From positions 1-47,747 of the forward strand of contig JAJYCP010000003.1 of the NCBI GenBank assembly GCA_021778295.1: DNA of 47,747 bases, given 5' to 3'. The translations under genes were made by a program, and so were the position numbers. This stretch comes from a bacterium. Its GTDB lineage: Bacteria > Patescibacteriota > Minisyncoccia > Phycocordibacterales > Phycocordibacteraceae. The notes under the pieces are model-generated. The model was not told the DNA's origin and searched no databases. It saw only the letters and a list, made by a program, of their open reading frames with translations. Shown piece after piece: positions 26,476 through 34,787 of this stretch (the stretch's first letter is position 1; every line of letters begins with the position of its first letter).

Positions 26476-27156
26476 TCAGAAGTTCACTCCCGCCATCAGT
26501 GTGTCCGCGCCCCAGAAAATCGCTGGGACGCTGTCGCCGCGGGCTCGTACGGCATACAGCTGATCCGTCAGCGTCCAACGGCCGAACCGCACGCCGGCGC
26601 CAAACACCTGAGCGACTTCCCAGCGCGTATGATGCGCAACGTACAAGTTGCGCGCCGGAATCAGCGACGATGGTTGCCAATGGTACACGTGTTCCTCCCA
26701 CCGTACTCGATTGATGTAGAGGCCGGCGGTTAAGAAGAACCACCCGCCACGCCCGAAGTGTCGTGCGAGTGAAAGAGCCAGCCCGGATGTCGATCCGTTA
26801 CCTACAAAGTGGGCCATGGGAGCACATGCACCGTAGCAACGATGCTCGACGCGATTATAATTTGCACCGGCCGACGTGTCCCATGAATTGGACGCCGCAA
26901 AACCAAGAGATATCCAATCGATATGCGCCGTAATATGACGCGTTAGCGGTTGTCGCCAGCCCACCATCCATGCGGTGCTGCGGAGTTTGAGGTGATAGGG
27001 GAATCCTTTTTCGTACCAGGTTCCGTTTGGAACGGCGCGGTAATCCGTCATGCCCACACCCAACTCAAAGGTGCCGCTTGAGGCCAGAGCCGGAGTTGAG
27101 AACGCCGACAAGGCCCCCACGAAACAGCAGAATGCTGTGACACGCACTATGTTCAT
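26476..27156 (-). CDS. outer-membrane-type beta-barrel protein (signal peptide plus C-terminal beta-signal)
   Basis: Trimmed to MNIVRVTAFCCFVGALSAFSTPALASS (GGAGGG SD 4 nt upstream). Alternating hydrophobic strands rich in Gly, aromatic residues and Arg. C-terminus ..ADTLMAGVNF ends in Phe. Confidence 0.6.
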   Translation of the reverse strand: MNIVRVTAFCCFVGALSAFSTPALASSGTFELGVGMTDYRAVPNGTWYEKGFPYHLKLRSTAWMVGWRQPLTRHITAHIDWISLGFAASNSWDTSAGANYNRVEHRCYGACAPMAHFVGNGSTSGLALSLARHFGRGGWFFLTAGLYINRVRWEEHVYHWQPSSLIPARNLYVAHHTRWEVAQVFGAGVRFGRWTLTDQLYAVRARGDSVPAIFWGADTLMAGVNF

Positions 27157-27323
27157 CTTGCCCTCCAGGATGCATCGTCGATTCCAAAGAGAATCCTTCT
27201 TGCGAAGGCATTTACTTCCGGAATAGTTATACAAAACTGTGTTTTATTGTCAAGTCGGTCTCAAAACCGATCGGACGCTTGTACACAAATGAATTCGCTA
27301 CAGCAAAGCTGTGACGCGCATTC

Positions 27324-27332
27324 TGGTATGAT
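27324..27332 (+). promoter_or_regulatory. extended -10 box TGgTATGAT, 6 nt upstream of ATG 27339
   Basis: TGG TATGAT TTCTCT ATG. Confidence 0.45.
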
Positions 27333-27338
27333 TTCTCT

Positions 27339-27812
27339 ATGCCCCGAAGCGTTATTCTCGAATGGGAAGGCAAAGAGTACGACCACAACCCGAAAAGCGC
27401 CGATTGGTATTGGGTACTCGGCATCATCGCCACCGCTCTCACCATTGCGTTGGTGCTCTTCAGCAATTATCTGCTCGCGGTCCTCGTTGTCGTTGCCGCG
27501 ATTGCGCTTGCGCTCCATGCGGCAAAGCATCCGCCTCTGCATCGTTTCCGTCTTGTCGAGCAGGGGTTATACATCGGCGACGAATTGCATCCTTTTGAGC
27601 GAATGCTTTCTTTTTCCGTGCTTGAGGATATCGAAGGCGAGTTCCCGCCCCTGCTCTCCATAAAAAATGAGAGTTGGTTTTCGCCGCATTTGCTCGTACC
27701 GCTTGCGGGCGTTGATGCGGATGCGGTATACGCTCATTTCCTTCAGCACGTTGATGAGAACGAACATCATCATACCCTTACGGACCTGGTGGCGGCATGG
27801 CTCGGATTTTGA
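27339..27812 (+). CDS. hypothetical membrane protein (two TM segments plus a soluble C-terminal domain)
   Basis: DWYWVLGIIATALTIALVLFSNYLLAVLVVVAAIALALH. Clean ORF between two RNA or terminator features. Confidence 0.55.
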   Translation: MPRSVILEWEGKEYDHNPKSADWYWVLGIIATALTIALVLFSNYLLAVLVVVAAIALALHAAKHPPLHRFRLVEQGLYIGDELHPFERMLSFSVLEDIEGEFPPLLSIKNESWFSPHLLVPLAGVDADAVYAHFLQHVDENEHHHTLTDLVAAWLGF

Positions 27813-27845
27813 AAAAACTCGTGTACGCGGTAGAGTCAACCGATT

Positions 27846-27917
27846 GCCCTCGTCGTTCAACGGATAGGACACCGGCTTGCGGAGCCGGCAATAGAGGTTC
27901 GATTCCTCTCGAGGGCA
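27846..27917 (+). tRNA. tRNA-Arg (GCG)
   Basis: GCCCTCG TC GTTC AACGGATA GGAC A CCGGC TTGCGGA GCCGG CAAT AGAGG TTCGATT CCTCT CGAGGGC A. Perfect 5-bp anticodon stem. The loop reads U33-GCG-G37. Confidence 0.8.
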
Positions 27918-27930
27918 CCCTGTACTTCCC

Positions 27931-28272
27931 ATGATCGAGTACTTTTTTGCATTTATCGCGGGCGGCGCGTTCACCATGCTTGTAACCGCATTCCAGCTCT
28001 CCGGATTCCCGACACTTTCGCGGGTCGCTGCGCTCTTCCCGATTGTGACCTGGCTTTCGTACCTTTTTATAGGGCACATTGACGGCGCTCTGGCGGTTTC
28101 TCAACACGCGCGTTTCGTCTTGTTTGGAACGCTTGTCGCATGGATACCATACATGTTCATTATTTATTATTTTGCGCCGCGCATTGGCGTCGCGCGGGCG
28201 ATAGTATTCGGCATCATTGTATTTTTGCTGCTCGCATTCGCCTTCGCTGCGGTGTATAACAAGTGGGCTTAG
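27931..28272 (+). CDS. small polytopic membrane protein (about 4 TM segments)
   Basis: Hydrophobic throughout (AFIAGGAFTMLVTAF..; VLFGTLVAWIPYMFIIYYF..; IVFGIIVFLLLAFAFAAVY). Bracketed by two tRNA-Arg genes. Confidence 0.5.
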   Translation: MIEYFFAFIAGGAFTMLVTAFQLSGFPTLSRVAALFPIVTWLSYLFIGHIDGALAVSQHARFVLFGTLVAWIPYMFIIYYFAPRIGVARAIVFGIIVFLLLAFAFAAVYNKWA

Positions 28273-28276
28273 GAAG

Positions 28277-28348
28277 GCTTCCGTCGTTCAATGGATAGGA
28301 TATCTCCCTCCGAAGGAGGTGATACTGGTTCGATTCCAGTCGGAAGCA
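28277..28348 (+). tRNA. tRNA-Arg (CCG)
   Basis: GCTTCCG TC GTTC AATGGATA GGAT A TCTCC CTCCGAA GGAGG TGAT ACTGG TTCGATT CCAGT CGGAAGC A. Confidence 0.85.
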
Positions 28349-28350
28349 CA

Positions 28351-28389
28351 AAAAACAACACGCGCCGTTTCGGGGCGCGTGTTGTTTTT
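28351..28389. terminator. bidirectional terminator (tRNA-Arg / rpsT)
   Basis: 13-bp stem aacaacacgcgcc / ggcgcgtgttgtt flanked by an A-run and a T-run. Confidence 0.7.
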
Positions 28390-28405
28390 CTCTTTCATTT
28401 TTACT

Positions 28406-28672
28406 TTACGCTTGCACCCGGCGGACAAGGGCCGCAACACGTGATTTCTTACGATTGGCGGTATTGTCTTTGATAACGCCGCGTTTACAGGCCTTATCTA
28501 TTGCGGCATAGACCTTGGGCAGAAGTTTCTCGACTTCAGCAACATCTCGGGCGGCAATCGCCTTCGTAAATTCCTTGGTTGTGTCGCGCATCGCATCCTT
28601 ACGGCGCAGGTTAAAGACGCGCTTCCTGGCCGAAGAACGAATTGCTTTCTTTGCTGAGCTGGTAATCGCCAT
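28406..28672 (-). CDS. rpsT: ribosomal protein S20
   Basis: Trimmed to MAITSSAKKAIRSSARKRVFNLRRK..AIDKACKRGVIKDNTANRKKSR. Confidence 0.9.
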   Translation of the reverse strand: MAITSSAKKAIRSSARKRVFNLRRKDAMRDTTKEFTKAIAARDVAEVEKLLPKVYAAIDKACKRGVIKDNTANRKKSRVAALVRRVQA

Positions 28673-28732
28673 GTCCGCACAATCTACCTCCAACGCGCAC
28701 GAACCGCAAGTATGCGCCACCGGGCGCAGGAG

Positions 28733-28741
28733 TGTTAGGAT
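28733..28741 (+). promoter_or_regulatory. extended -10 box TGtTAGGAT, 6 nt upstream of the ruvA ATG
   Basis: TGT TAGGAT ACGCTT ATG. Confidence 0.45.
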
Positions 28742-28747
28742 ACGCTT

Positions 28748-29293
28748 ATGATCCGGCAGATTCGCGGACACGTGCTTTCTATCGGTGCGGCAAGTGCCGT
28801 CGTTGAAGTTGCGGGCTTCGGTATCGAGGTGCGCATGAGCGCGCCGGAGACGCTCTCAGTCGGCGGCGAAGTGCGACTTGCGACGTATCTTGCGGTTAAG
28901 CAGGACGGTATGGAACTCTACGGCTTCCCCGACGCGGCGGACCGCGATTTTTTTGAACACATGCTTTCGGTCTCGGGCGTAGGCCCCAAGACGGCGCTTT
29001 CTCTGCTACGCCGCGCGCCGCGCGCCGCCCTTGAAGGCGCTATCGGCAAACGCGATCTTGCGTACCTCACCAAAGTTGTCGGGCTCGGTAAAAAAAGCGC
29101 GGAGAAAATGCTCCTTGAACTTGCCGATAAGATCGGGCCGCACAACCACGATAACGCGGACGGTGAAGTCTTTGATACGCTTATCGCGCTCGGTTACACC
29201 GAACGCGAAGCACGCGTGGCGCTCCAAACGATCCCTGAGGAAACGGTCGGCAAGGAGGCCCGGCTCAAAGCGGCGCTTTCCGTCACCCACTAA
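28748..29293 (+). CDS. ruvA: Holliday junction DNA helicase subunit RuvA
   Basis: MIRQIRGHV.., HhH motifs LSVSGVGPKTALSLL and VVGLGKKSAEKMLLEL, and a C-terminal domain LIALGYTEREA. Confidence 0.9.
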   Translation: MIRQIRGHVLSIGAASAVVEVAGFGIEVRMSAPETLSVGGEVRLATYLAVKQDGMELYGFPDAADRDFFEHMLSVSGVGPKTALSLLRRAPRAALEGAIGKRDLAYLTKVVGLGKKSAEKMLLELADKIGPHNHDNADGEVFDTLIALGYTEREARVALQTIPEETVGKEARLKAALSVTH

Positions 29294-29302
29294 ATCGGTA
29301 CT

Positions 29303-30580
29303 ATGTACGAATTCGTCAATCGAATCGTTCGTGTTCTCAAAAAGATCGTGCCTGAACCGCTCGTCCGCGTTCTGCGGCCCGCGTACCACCGCGCGCTTGC
29401 GTTCCTTATGGCGCTTTCTTACGGATTCCCCGCCCGCCGCCTCACGATTATCGGCATCACCGGAACGAAAGGAAAATCGACGACCGCGGAGATGCTTTTC
29501 ACCATCCTGCGCGGAGCCGGCTATAGCACCGCGCTTATTTCGACTATTCGTTTTGCGATCAATGACCTATCGGAGCCGAATCTTTATAAGATGACGCTGC
29601 AAGGCCGCGGATTCGCCCAAGCGTTTATGCGCAAAGCGCTCCGCGCCGGCTGTACGCACGCGGTCATAGAGATAACCTCTGAAAGCGTACCCCAACATCG
29701 GCACCTGTTCCTTAACCTCGACGGACTCATCGTCACGAACATCCAGAGAGAACATATCGAGAGCCATGGATCGTTTGAAAATTACGTCGCGGCAAAACGT
29801 GCGATCGTACGAACGCTCTCCCGGTCGCCCAAACACGCCCGTATACTCGTCGCAAACGAAGATATACCCGAAAGCCGTTCCTTTCTATCGATGCGCGGCA
29901 CGCGCGCCATAGGCTTTAGCGCCCATGAACTTGATATTCGTGAGAATGATGACGCGCATGTCATATTTACCTATGCCGGTATTCCCGTCACCGTCCCTCT
30001 TCCGGGGAAATTCAATGCGTTGAACGCGCTCGCCGCGATGAAGATGAGCTCGACGCTCGGCATTTCGGTTCCGGACGCCGCACGCGCACTCGCGCATCTT
30101 CCCGTTGTCCGCGGGCGCGTTGAACGCATAGATTCGGGACAAGATTTTCTCGCTATTGTCGACTATGCGCACACGCCGGATTCGCTGCAGGCCCTCTACG
30201 ATGCGTTTCCGAAACGTAGAAAAATATGCGTCCTCGGAAATACCGGTGGCGGACGAGACGTGTGGAAGCGTCCTTTGATGGGCAAGATCGCGGATGAGGC
30301 GTGCGACAAGGTCATCCTGACGAATGAGGATCCGTATGACGAGGACCCGCGCGGCATTGTCGATGCTATGGCACGCGATATGGAACGCGCGCCTGAGATC
30401 ATTATGGACCGACGCGCTGCTATACGTGCGGCACTGACGTATGCGCGCGCGGGAGACGCGGTTTTAATTTCTGGGAAAGGTACCGACCCGTTTATTATGG
30501 AAGCGCATGGTGCCAAGACTCCCTGGAGTGATGCGCAGGTTGTGCGCGAGGAGCTTGCACGGCTCCACGCGCAAAATTGA
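29303..30580 (+). CDS. murE: Mur ligase, MurE-like (UDP-MurNAc-L-Ala-D-Glu : diamino acid ligase)
   Basis: GITGTKGKSTT (ATP site), DYAHTPDSL, LTNEDPYDEDP. The canonical DNPR (mDAP) motif is replaced by NEDPY. Short N-terminus (425 aa). Confidence 0.8.
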   Translation: MYEFVNRIVRVLKKIVPEPLVRVLRPAYHRALAFLMALSYGFPARRLTIIGITGTKGKSTTAEMLFTILRGAGYSTALISTIRFAINDLSEPNLYKMTLQGRGFAQAFMRKALRAGCTHAVIEITSESVPQHRHLFLNLDGLIVTNIQREHIESHGSFENYVAAKRAIVRTLSRSPKHARILVANEDIPESRSFLSMRGTRAIGFSAHELDIRENDDAHVIFTYAGIPVTVPLPGKFNALNALAAMKMSSTLGISVPDAARALAHLPVVRGRVERIDSGQDFLAIVDYAHTPDSLQALYDAFPKRRKICVLGNTGGGRDVWKRPLMGKIADEACDKVILTNEDPYDEDPRGIVDAMARDMERAPEIIMDRRAAIRAALTYARAGDAVLISGKGTDPFIMEAHGAKTPWSDAQVVREELARLHAQN

Positions 30581-30588
30581 GGTTTCCT

Positions 30589-30597
30589 TGGTAGTAT
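30589..30597 (+). promoter_or_regulatory. extended -10 box TGgTAGTAT, 6 nt upstream of ATG 30604
   Basis: TGG TAGTAT CTCCGT ATG. Confidence 0.45.
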
Positions 30598-30603
30598 CTC
30601 CGT

Positions 30604-31557
30604 ATGGAGCATGACGCGTGGTTTTTTGTCGGGATATTTGTCTTCATATTTCTCGTCTGGATCGCTACGGGCGGTCCGTTGCATCCGATCGCATTCTCCG
30701 GTCCCACTCTCGCCGAGCCGGGTGCGCTCGGCGGCGGCACGTACCTTTCGTTTCCGCATGCTCCTTTTTCAGTCGGGAGCGGATATGTTTCTCTGCCGGG
30801 CTCCTCAAGCGGCGGCGGCATCCCGGGCAGTACAGGCGTATCACTTCCTACCTTGGTGGGAGGTACCAGCTTCGGTACTCCTTCGCCCTACTACGGAATC
30901 GTTTCGATGAATCACTATGTCTCGGGCGCCGGTTCGGCCAATCCCGAAAACGAATATATCGAGATAACGGTCGCCCAAAATGCGACCGTGCCGGTCGACA
31001 TCTCCGGATGGACCCTTGAGAGCGCCGCGACCGGCGCCGCGGCGATCATTCCCCAAGGAACGGAAGTACCGACGTCGGGCATCGTGAACGCCGTGCAGGA
31101 CATTGTGCTTACCCCCGGCACGCAGGCGCTGATTATCTCTGGACAATCGCCCATCGGCGCGTCCTTCCGCGACAATAAATGTATCGGCTACTTCAGCACT
31201 TTTCAGAAATTCTCCCCGCCATTGCCGCAGAATTGTCCTTTGCCTTCCGATGAACTTGCTTCGTTTTACGGTTCCGGCTATATCCGCGACGCCGCCTGTG
31301 TTGATTATGTGAATACCCTTTCGCGTTGCCAGGCAGTGCTCTCGCCTCCCGCAAACACTTCGGGCGCGTGCCAGAGCTTTTTGGTGAATTATTTGAACTA
31401 CAACGGTTGCGTCAATGCGCATAAAAATGACGCTGATTTTGAGGGCGCTACGTGGCGCGTCTACCTCGGTCGTACGACCTCAATGTGGCGTCCTCAGAAC
31501 GAAGTGGTGAAACTTCTCGATGCGCAGGGGAAAACCGTCGATGCGTTCAGTTACTAG
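30604..31557 (+). CDS. membrane-anchored extracellular protein with a lamin-tail-domain-like segment
   Basis: N-terminal TM segment. NPENEYIEITVAQNATVPVDISGWTLES is the LTD signature as I recall it. Cys-containing C-terminal region. Confidence 0.6.
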   Translation: MEHDAWFFVGIFVFIFLVWIATGGPLHPIAFSGPTLAEPGALGGGTYLSFPHAPFSVGSGYVSLPGSSSGGGIPGSTGVSLPTLVGGTSFGTPSPYYGIVSMNHYVSGAGSANPENEYIEITVAQNATVPVDISGWTLESAATGAAAIIPQGTEVPTSGIVNAVQDIVLTPGTQALIISGQSPIGASFRDNKCIGYFSTFQKFSPPLPQNCPLPSDELASFYGSGYIRDAACVDYVNTLSRCQAVLSPPANTSGACQSFLVNYLNYNGCVNAHKNDADFEGATWRVYLGRTTSMWRPQNEVVKLLDAQGKTVDAFSY

Positions 31558-31607
31558 AAAAAACTAGGCATAGTGTTAGATTAGTAACGTTCTTTTCGCC
31601 TTGTGTT

Positions 31608-31680
31608 GCGCCCATAGCTCAGTTGGTAGAGCAGCTCCCTTTTAAGGAGACGGTCCCAGGTTCGAGCCCTGGTGGGCGCA
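31608..31680 (+). tRNA. tRNA-Lys (TTT)
   Basis: GCGCCCA TA GCTC AGTTGGTA GAGC A GCTCC CTTTTAA GGAGA CGGTC CCAGG TTCGAGC CCTGG TGGGCGC A. Confidence 0.9.
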
Positions 31681-31683
31681 CAT

Positions 31684-32385
31684 TCAGATTGAGAGCGCGA
31701 AACGCTCAAGAGAAAGAGAGAGGTCCAGCCCGCCGCGCCGAGAGTCTTGCAGAAGTGCTATGAGCGTAAGCGACAGGCGCCGCGACTCTTCGGGCTTCCA
31801 CGCACGGCCGCCTGCGGATATAAGATCGCGCGCTTTCCACTGTAAGAGACCGTGGAGCATTTCCGGCGCATCGCCCCGGCGAAGTGCGCGACTAATCTCG
31901 AGCCAGAGCTTCTCTCGATTCTTCGTCGCAAGCGCATTTACCAGGTTGCCATTGAATCCGCGGTCGGCGGCTTCCCCGGGCGGCAGGTTGAATACATATT
32001 CCAGTGTCGTTTGTGTTCCGAGTTTCTTTGCTTTCGCCGCAGTGAGTTTCGGCGCAAGAATGAGAATTGCGTTATCGGAAGCGGCAAGCGGCTCGAGGTA
32101 TGTTTCGAGCACGCTGTGTGCCGGATCTTCACTGTCGTCTTCGTTTTCATCCTGTTCGCTTACTTTTCTTTGCGCCGAAGGAAATGGATCATCAATGAGT
32201 ATCAAAAGTCGTTTGGTGAAAAGACCTCCCGAAAGCGCGGCGTTTTCGAGTGCGGCCGGAGTTACGTCTTCGCGAGAGAGGCGTATGTACGTGAGGTTTG
32301 GCTCTTTTACTCGCGCAGCCGCTATCCACGCAAATGTTTTTGCGCGCGTTTTCGCCACATCAGTCCCGTAAAAAAGATAGATCAT
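31684..32385 (-). CDS. holA: DNA polymerase III delta subunit-like (HolA)
   Basis: MIYLFYGTD..LFTKRLLILIDDPF (delta N-terminal pattern). Its ATG overlaps the polA stop (ATGA). Weak by eye. Confidence 0.65.
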   Translation of the reverse strand: MIYLFYGTDVAKTRAKTFAWIAAARVKEPNLTYIRLSREDVTPAALENAALSGGLFTKRLLILIDDPFPSAQRKVSEQDENEDDSEDPAHSVLETYLEPLAASDNAILILAPKLTAAKAKKLGTQTTLEYVFNLPPGEAADRGFNGNLVNALATKNREKLWLEISRALRRGDAPEMLHGLLQWKARDLISAGGRAWKPEESRRLSLTLIALLQDSRRGGLDLSLSLERFALSI

Positions 32386-34787
32386 ACTTCGTGCATAGCC
32401 CCCCAATCGGTTCCGGATTTCATAAGTGCGAGTATCGGCACGCCGTGCGTTTCCTTATCAAAAAGGACAGACTCCATAATTTTTTTAATCTGTATGCCGA
32501 GCGCGTTCGCCCGAGCAGTACGTATCTCATACACGAGTTCATCGTGTACCTGGAGAAGCAAATACGCGTCTTTGAGCGCGTCCTCCTTCTCCAGCAGGTC
32601 ATGCACGCGCACCATTGCGAGCTTGATGATGTCCGCCTGAGTTCCCTGCAGTGGCGCGTTGACGGCCATACGCTCCGCTTGGGAGCGTACATACGGCAGG
32701 GATGACTTCATTTCCGGGAATTGCCGGCGACGGCCGAAGAGGGTCTCGGTGTACCCGTGTTTGCGCGCAAAACCTTTTGTCTTTTCCATGTAGTCGGAGA
32801 GTGTCTTGAATTGACCAAAATACTCCTCATAAAAAGCATGCGCCTCGGCGGTCGTGCTGCCGAGTTGTTGCCGCAACGCGTTCACGCCCATGCCGTAGAG
32901 GATGCCAAAGTTTATGACTTTCGCTCGCCGGCGCATTTCCCGGTCGACCTGCTCGGGCGCAACATGAAAGACATGCGCGGCGACTTCCGTATGTACGTCG
33001 CGGCCGCTACGAAAAATCTCGCAGAGCTTTTCATCTCCTGAGAGGATCGCCGCAAGCCGCAATTCTATCTGCGAGTAATCGAGTGCAACGAGTGTGAAAT
33101 CGGGTGATGCAATAAACGCGTGGCGTACCGCGCGCCCGCGCTCTGAATGCAGCGGGATATTCTGGAGGTTCGGGTTCTGGGATGCGATGCGGCCGGTCGT
33201 CGTACCGGTCTGGAGAAATTCCGCGTGGAGACGGTGCTCGGCATCGAGCATTGGCGGCAGATTCTCGATATACGTCGAGAGGAGTTTCTTCAATTCGCGA
33301 TACTCGATGATGTCGCCGACAATGGGGTGCGCGTCGCGAATTTTCTCGAGCTCGCTTTCGCGCGTGGAACGCCCGCCGCCGGCGGTTTTCTTTTGCCGCT
33401 GCGGAATGAGTTTGAGCTCATCAAAGAGCACCTCGCCAAGCTGTTTCGGCGAACTCACGTTGAACGCGCGGCCGGCGGCCGCGTGAATGCGGTCCTCGAT
33501 TATTTTGAGTTCGGCCCGATACTTTTTCCCAAGCGTAGTGAGTATATTCAGATCGATGAGAACGCCGCGCGTCTCCATCGCTCGCAAAACCGGCATGAGC
33601 GGTTTCTCTATGCGCTCATACACTTCTTTCACTCTCCCAAGTTCTGTTAATTGTTTTTCAAGCGCGCTGTAGGCGCCTGCAAAGGAACGCTTTTTGGTAA
33701 AGGCGAGAATATCGTCCAAGGACGGATTCGTAAATTCCGAAGAGATGAGCCAGAGCATCAGCGCGGCTTGCGCGAGCTGTGTGGGGTCTACCTCCTCCGG
33801 AGCGGATTCGGATGGAACGCTTGTATCTGCCGACTCAGACTCCTGGGTGTGTGAGGCAGGGAGCGAGGATTTTATAAGAACATTGCGCGCTCGCTCACGA
33901 AGCGATCGGAAACCGAGTTCGTCAAGAAGCGACAAAACTTTCCGTGTATCGACAGTTTCTCTCCAGGACCTGTCGGGGAGCGCAAAGGCGATAGGCGCAT
34001 CAAGACGAATCGTTGCTAACGCTTTCGAGAGACGAGCTTCCTCTTCGTGTTCCTTAAGCAGTGCAACTGTACGCGGCTTGATGCCTTTTGTACCGAATAC
34101 TGCCTCATTTTTCGCGAGAGTCGCGTATATTTTCTCGATTGTGCCGAAGTTCGTTATGAGTTCTGTCGCGATCTTTTCGCCGATACCGGGAACGCCTTTT
34201 ATGTTATCGGAGGGATCGCCGCGAAGCCCTTTCCAGTCCGGAATGAGCACGGGCGGGAATCCGAATCGAGCTTGTACCGCTTTCTCGTCGTAAAGAATCG
34301 TGTCCTGTATTCCTTTCTTCAGCGTATAGACGCGCACCAGTTCATCGACCACTAATTGCAGTGTGTCCATATCGCCCGAAGCGATGATGATGTCTATCCC
34401 TTTTCCCTTTCTCAATTCATGTGCGATGGTGCCGAGAAGATCATCGGCTTCAAATCCTTCGCGCTCGTACCGAGGGATTCCAAATGCTTCAAAAATCTTG
34501 CGCGAAGCCTGCAGCTGCAGTGCAAGCGCGTCATCGGTTTTCACTCGCGTCGCCTTGTAGAGCGCGTACGCTTCGTGGCGTATGGTCGGTTTAGGCAAGT
34601 CGTAACAGGCAGCCATGTAGTCGGGTGCGAGATCGGTAATGATTTTAAGCATCATCGAAATAAGCCCGTAGAGCGCGCCGACCGGGGCTCCGGAGGGACT
34701 GGTGAACTCCGGAAGCGCATGGTACGCGCGATGAATAATCGCGTGCGTGTCGAGAAGCACGATGCGTTTCTTTTGTTTTTTAGCCAT
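32382..34787 (-). CDS. polA: DNA polymerase I (5' nuclease plus polymerase; no recognisable 3'-5' exonuclease motifs)
   Basis: Trimmed to MAKKQKKRIVLLDTHAIIHRAYHA. Polymerase motifs DYSQIELRLAA, RRRAKVINFGILYGM and LQVHDELVYE. Confidence 0.92.
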   Translation of the reverse strand: MAKKQKKRIVLLDTHAIIHRAYHALPEFTSPSGAPVGALYGLISMMLKIITDLAPDYMAACYDLPKPTIRHEAYALYKATRVKTDDALALQLQASRKIFEAFGIPRYEREGFEADDLLGTIAHELRKGKGIDIIIASGDMDTLQLVVDELVRVYTLKKGIQDTILYDEKAVQARFGFPPVLIPDWKGLRGDPSDNIKGVPGIGEKIATELITNFGTIEKIYATLAKNEAVFGTKGIKPRTVALLKEHEEEARLSKALATIRLDAPIAFALPDRSWRETVDTRKVLSLLDELGFRSLRERARNVLIKSSLPASHTQESESADTSVPSESAPEEVDPTQLAQAALMLWLISSEFTNPSLDDILAFTKKRSFAGAYSALEKQLTELGRVKEVYERIEKPLMPVLRAMETRGVLIDLNILTTLGKKYRAELKIIEDRIHAAAGRAFNVSSPKQLGEVLFDELKLIPQRQKKTAGGGRSTRESELEKIRDAHPIVGDIIEYRELKKLLSTYIENLPPMLDAEHRLHAEFLQTGTTTGRIASQNPNLQNIPLHSERGRAVRHAFIASPDFTLVALDYSQIELRLAAILSGDEKLCEIFRSGRDVHTEVAAHVFHVAPEQVDREMRRRAKVINFGILYGMGVNALRQQLGSTTAEAHAFYEEYFGQFKTLSDYMEKTKGFARKHGYTETLFGRRRQFPEMKSSLPYVRSQAERMAVNAPLQGTQADIIKLAMVRVHDLLEKEDALKDAYLLLQVHDELVYEIRTARANALGIQIKKIMESVLFDKETHGVPILALMKSGTDWGAMHEV

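Noticed and set aside
26309-26743. 144-aa minus-strand ORF.
   Set aside because: It overlaps tRNA-Ser and the bidirectional terminator, and lies out of frame within the beta-barrel gene.
26476-27156. Calling the beta-barrel protein PagL (lipid A deacylase).
   Set aside because: The size fits, but I cannot see the conserved His/Ser catalytic pair near the C-terminus. I kept the generic beta-barrel call.
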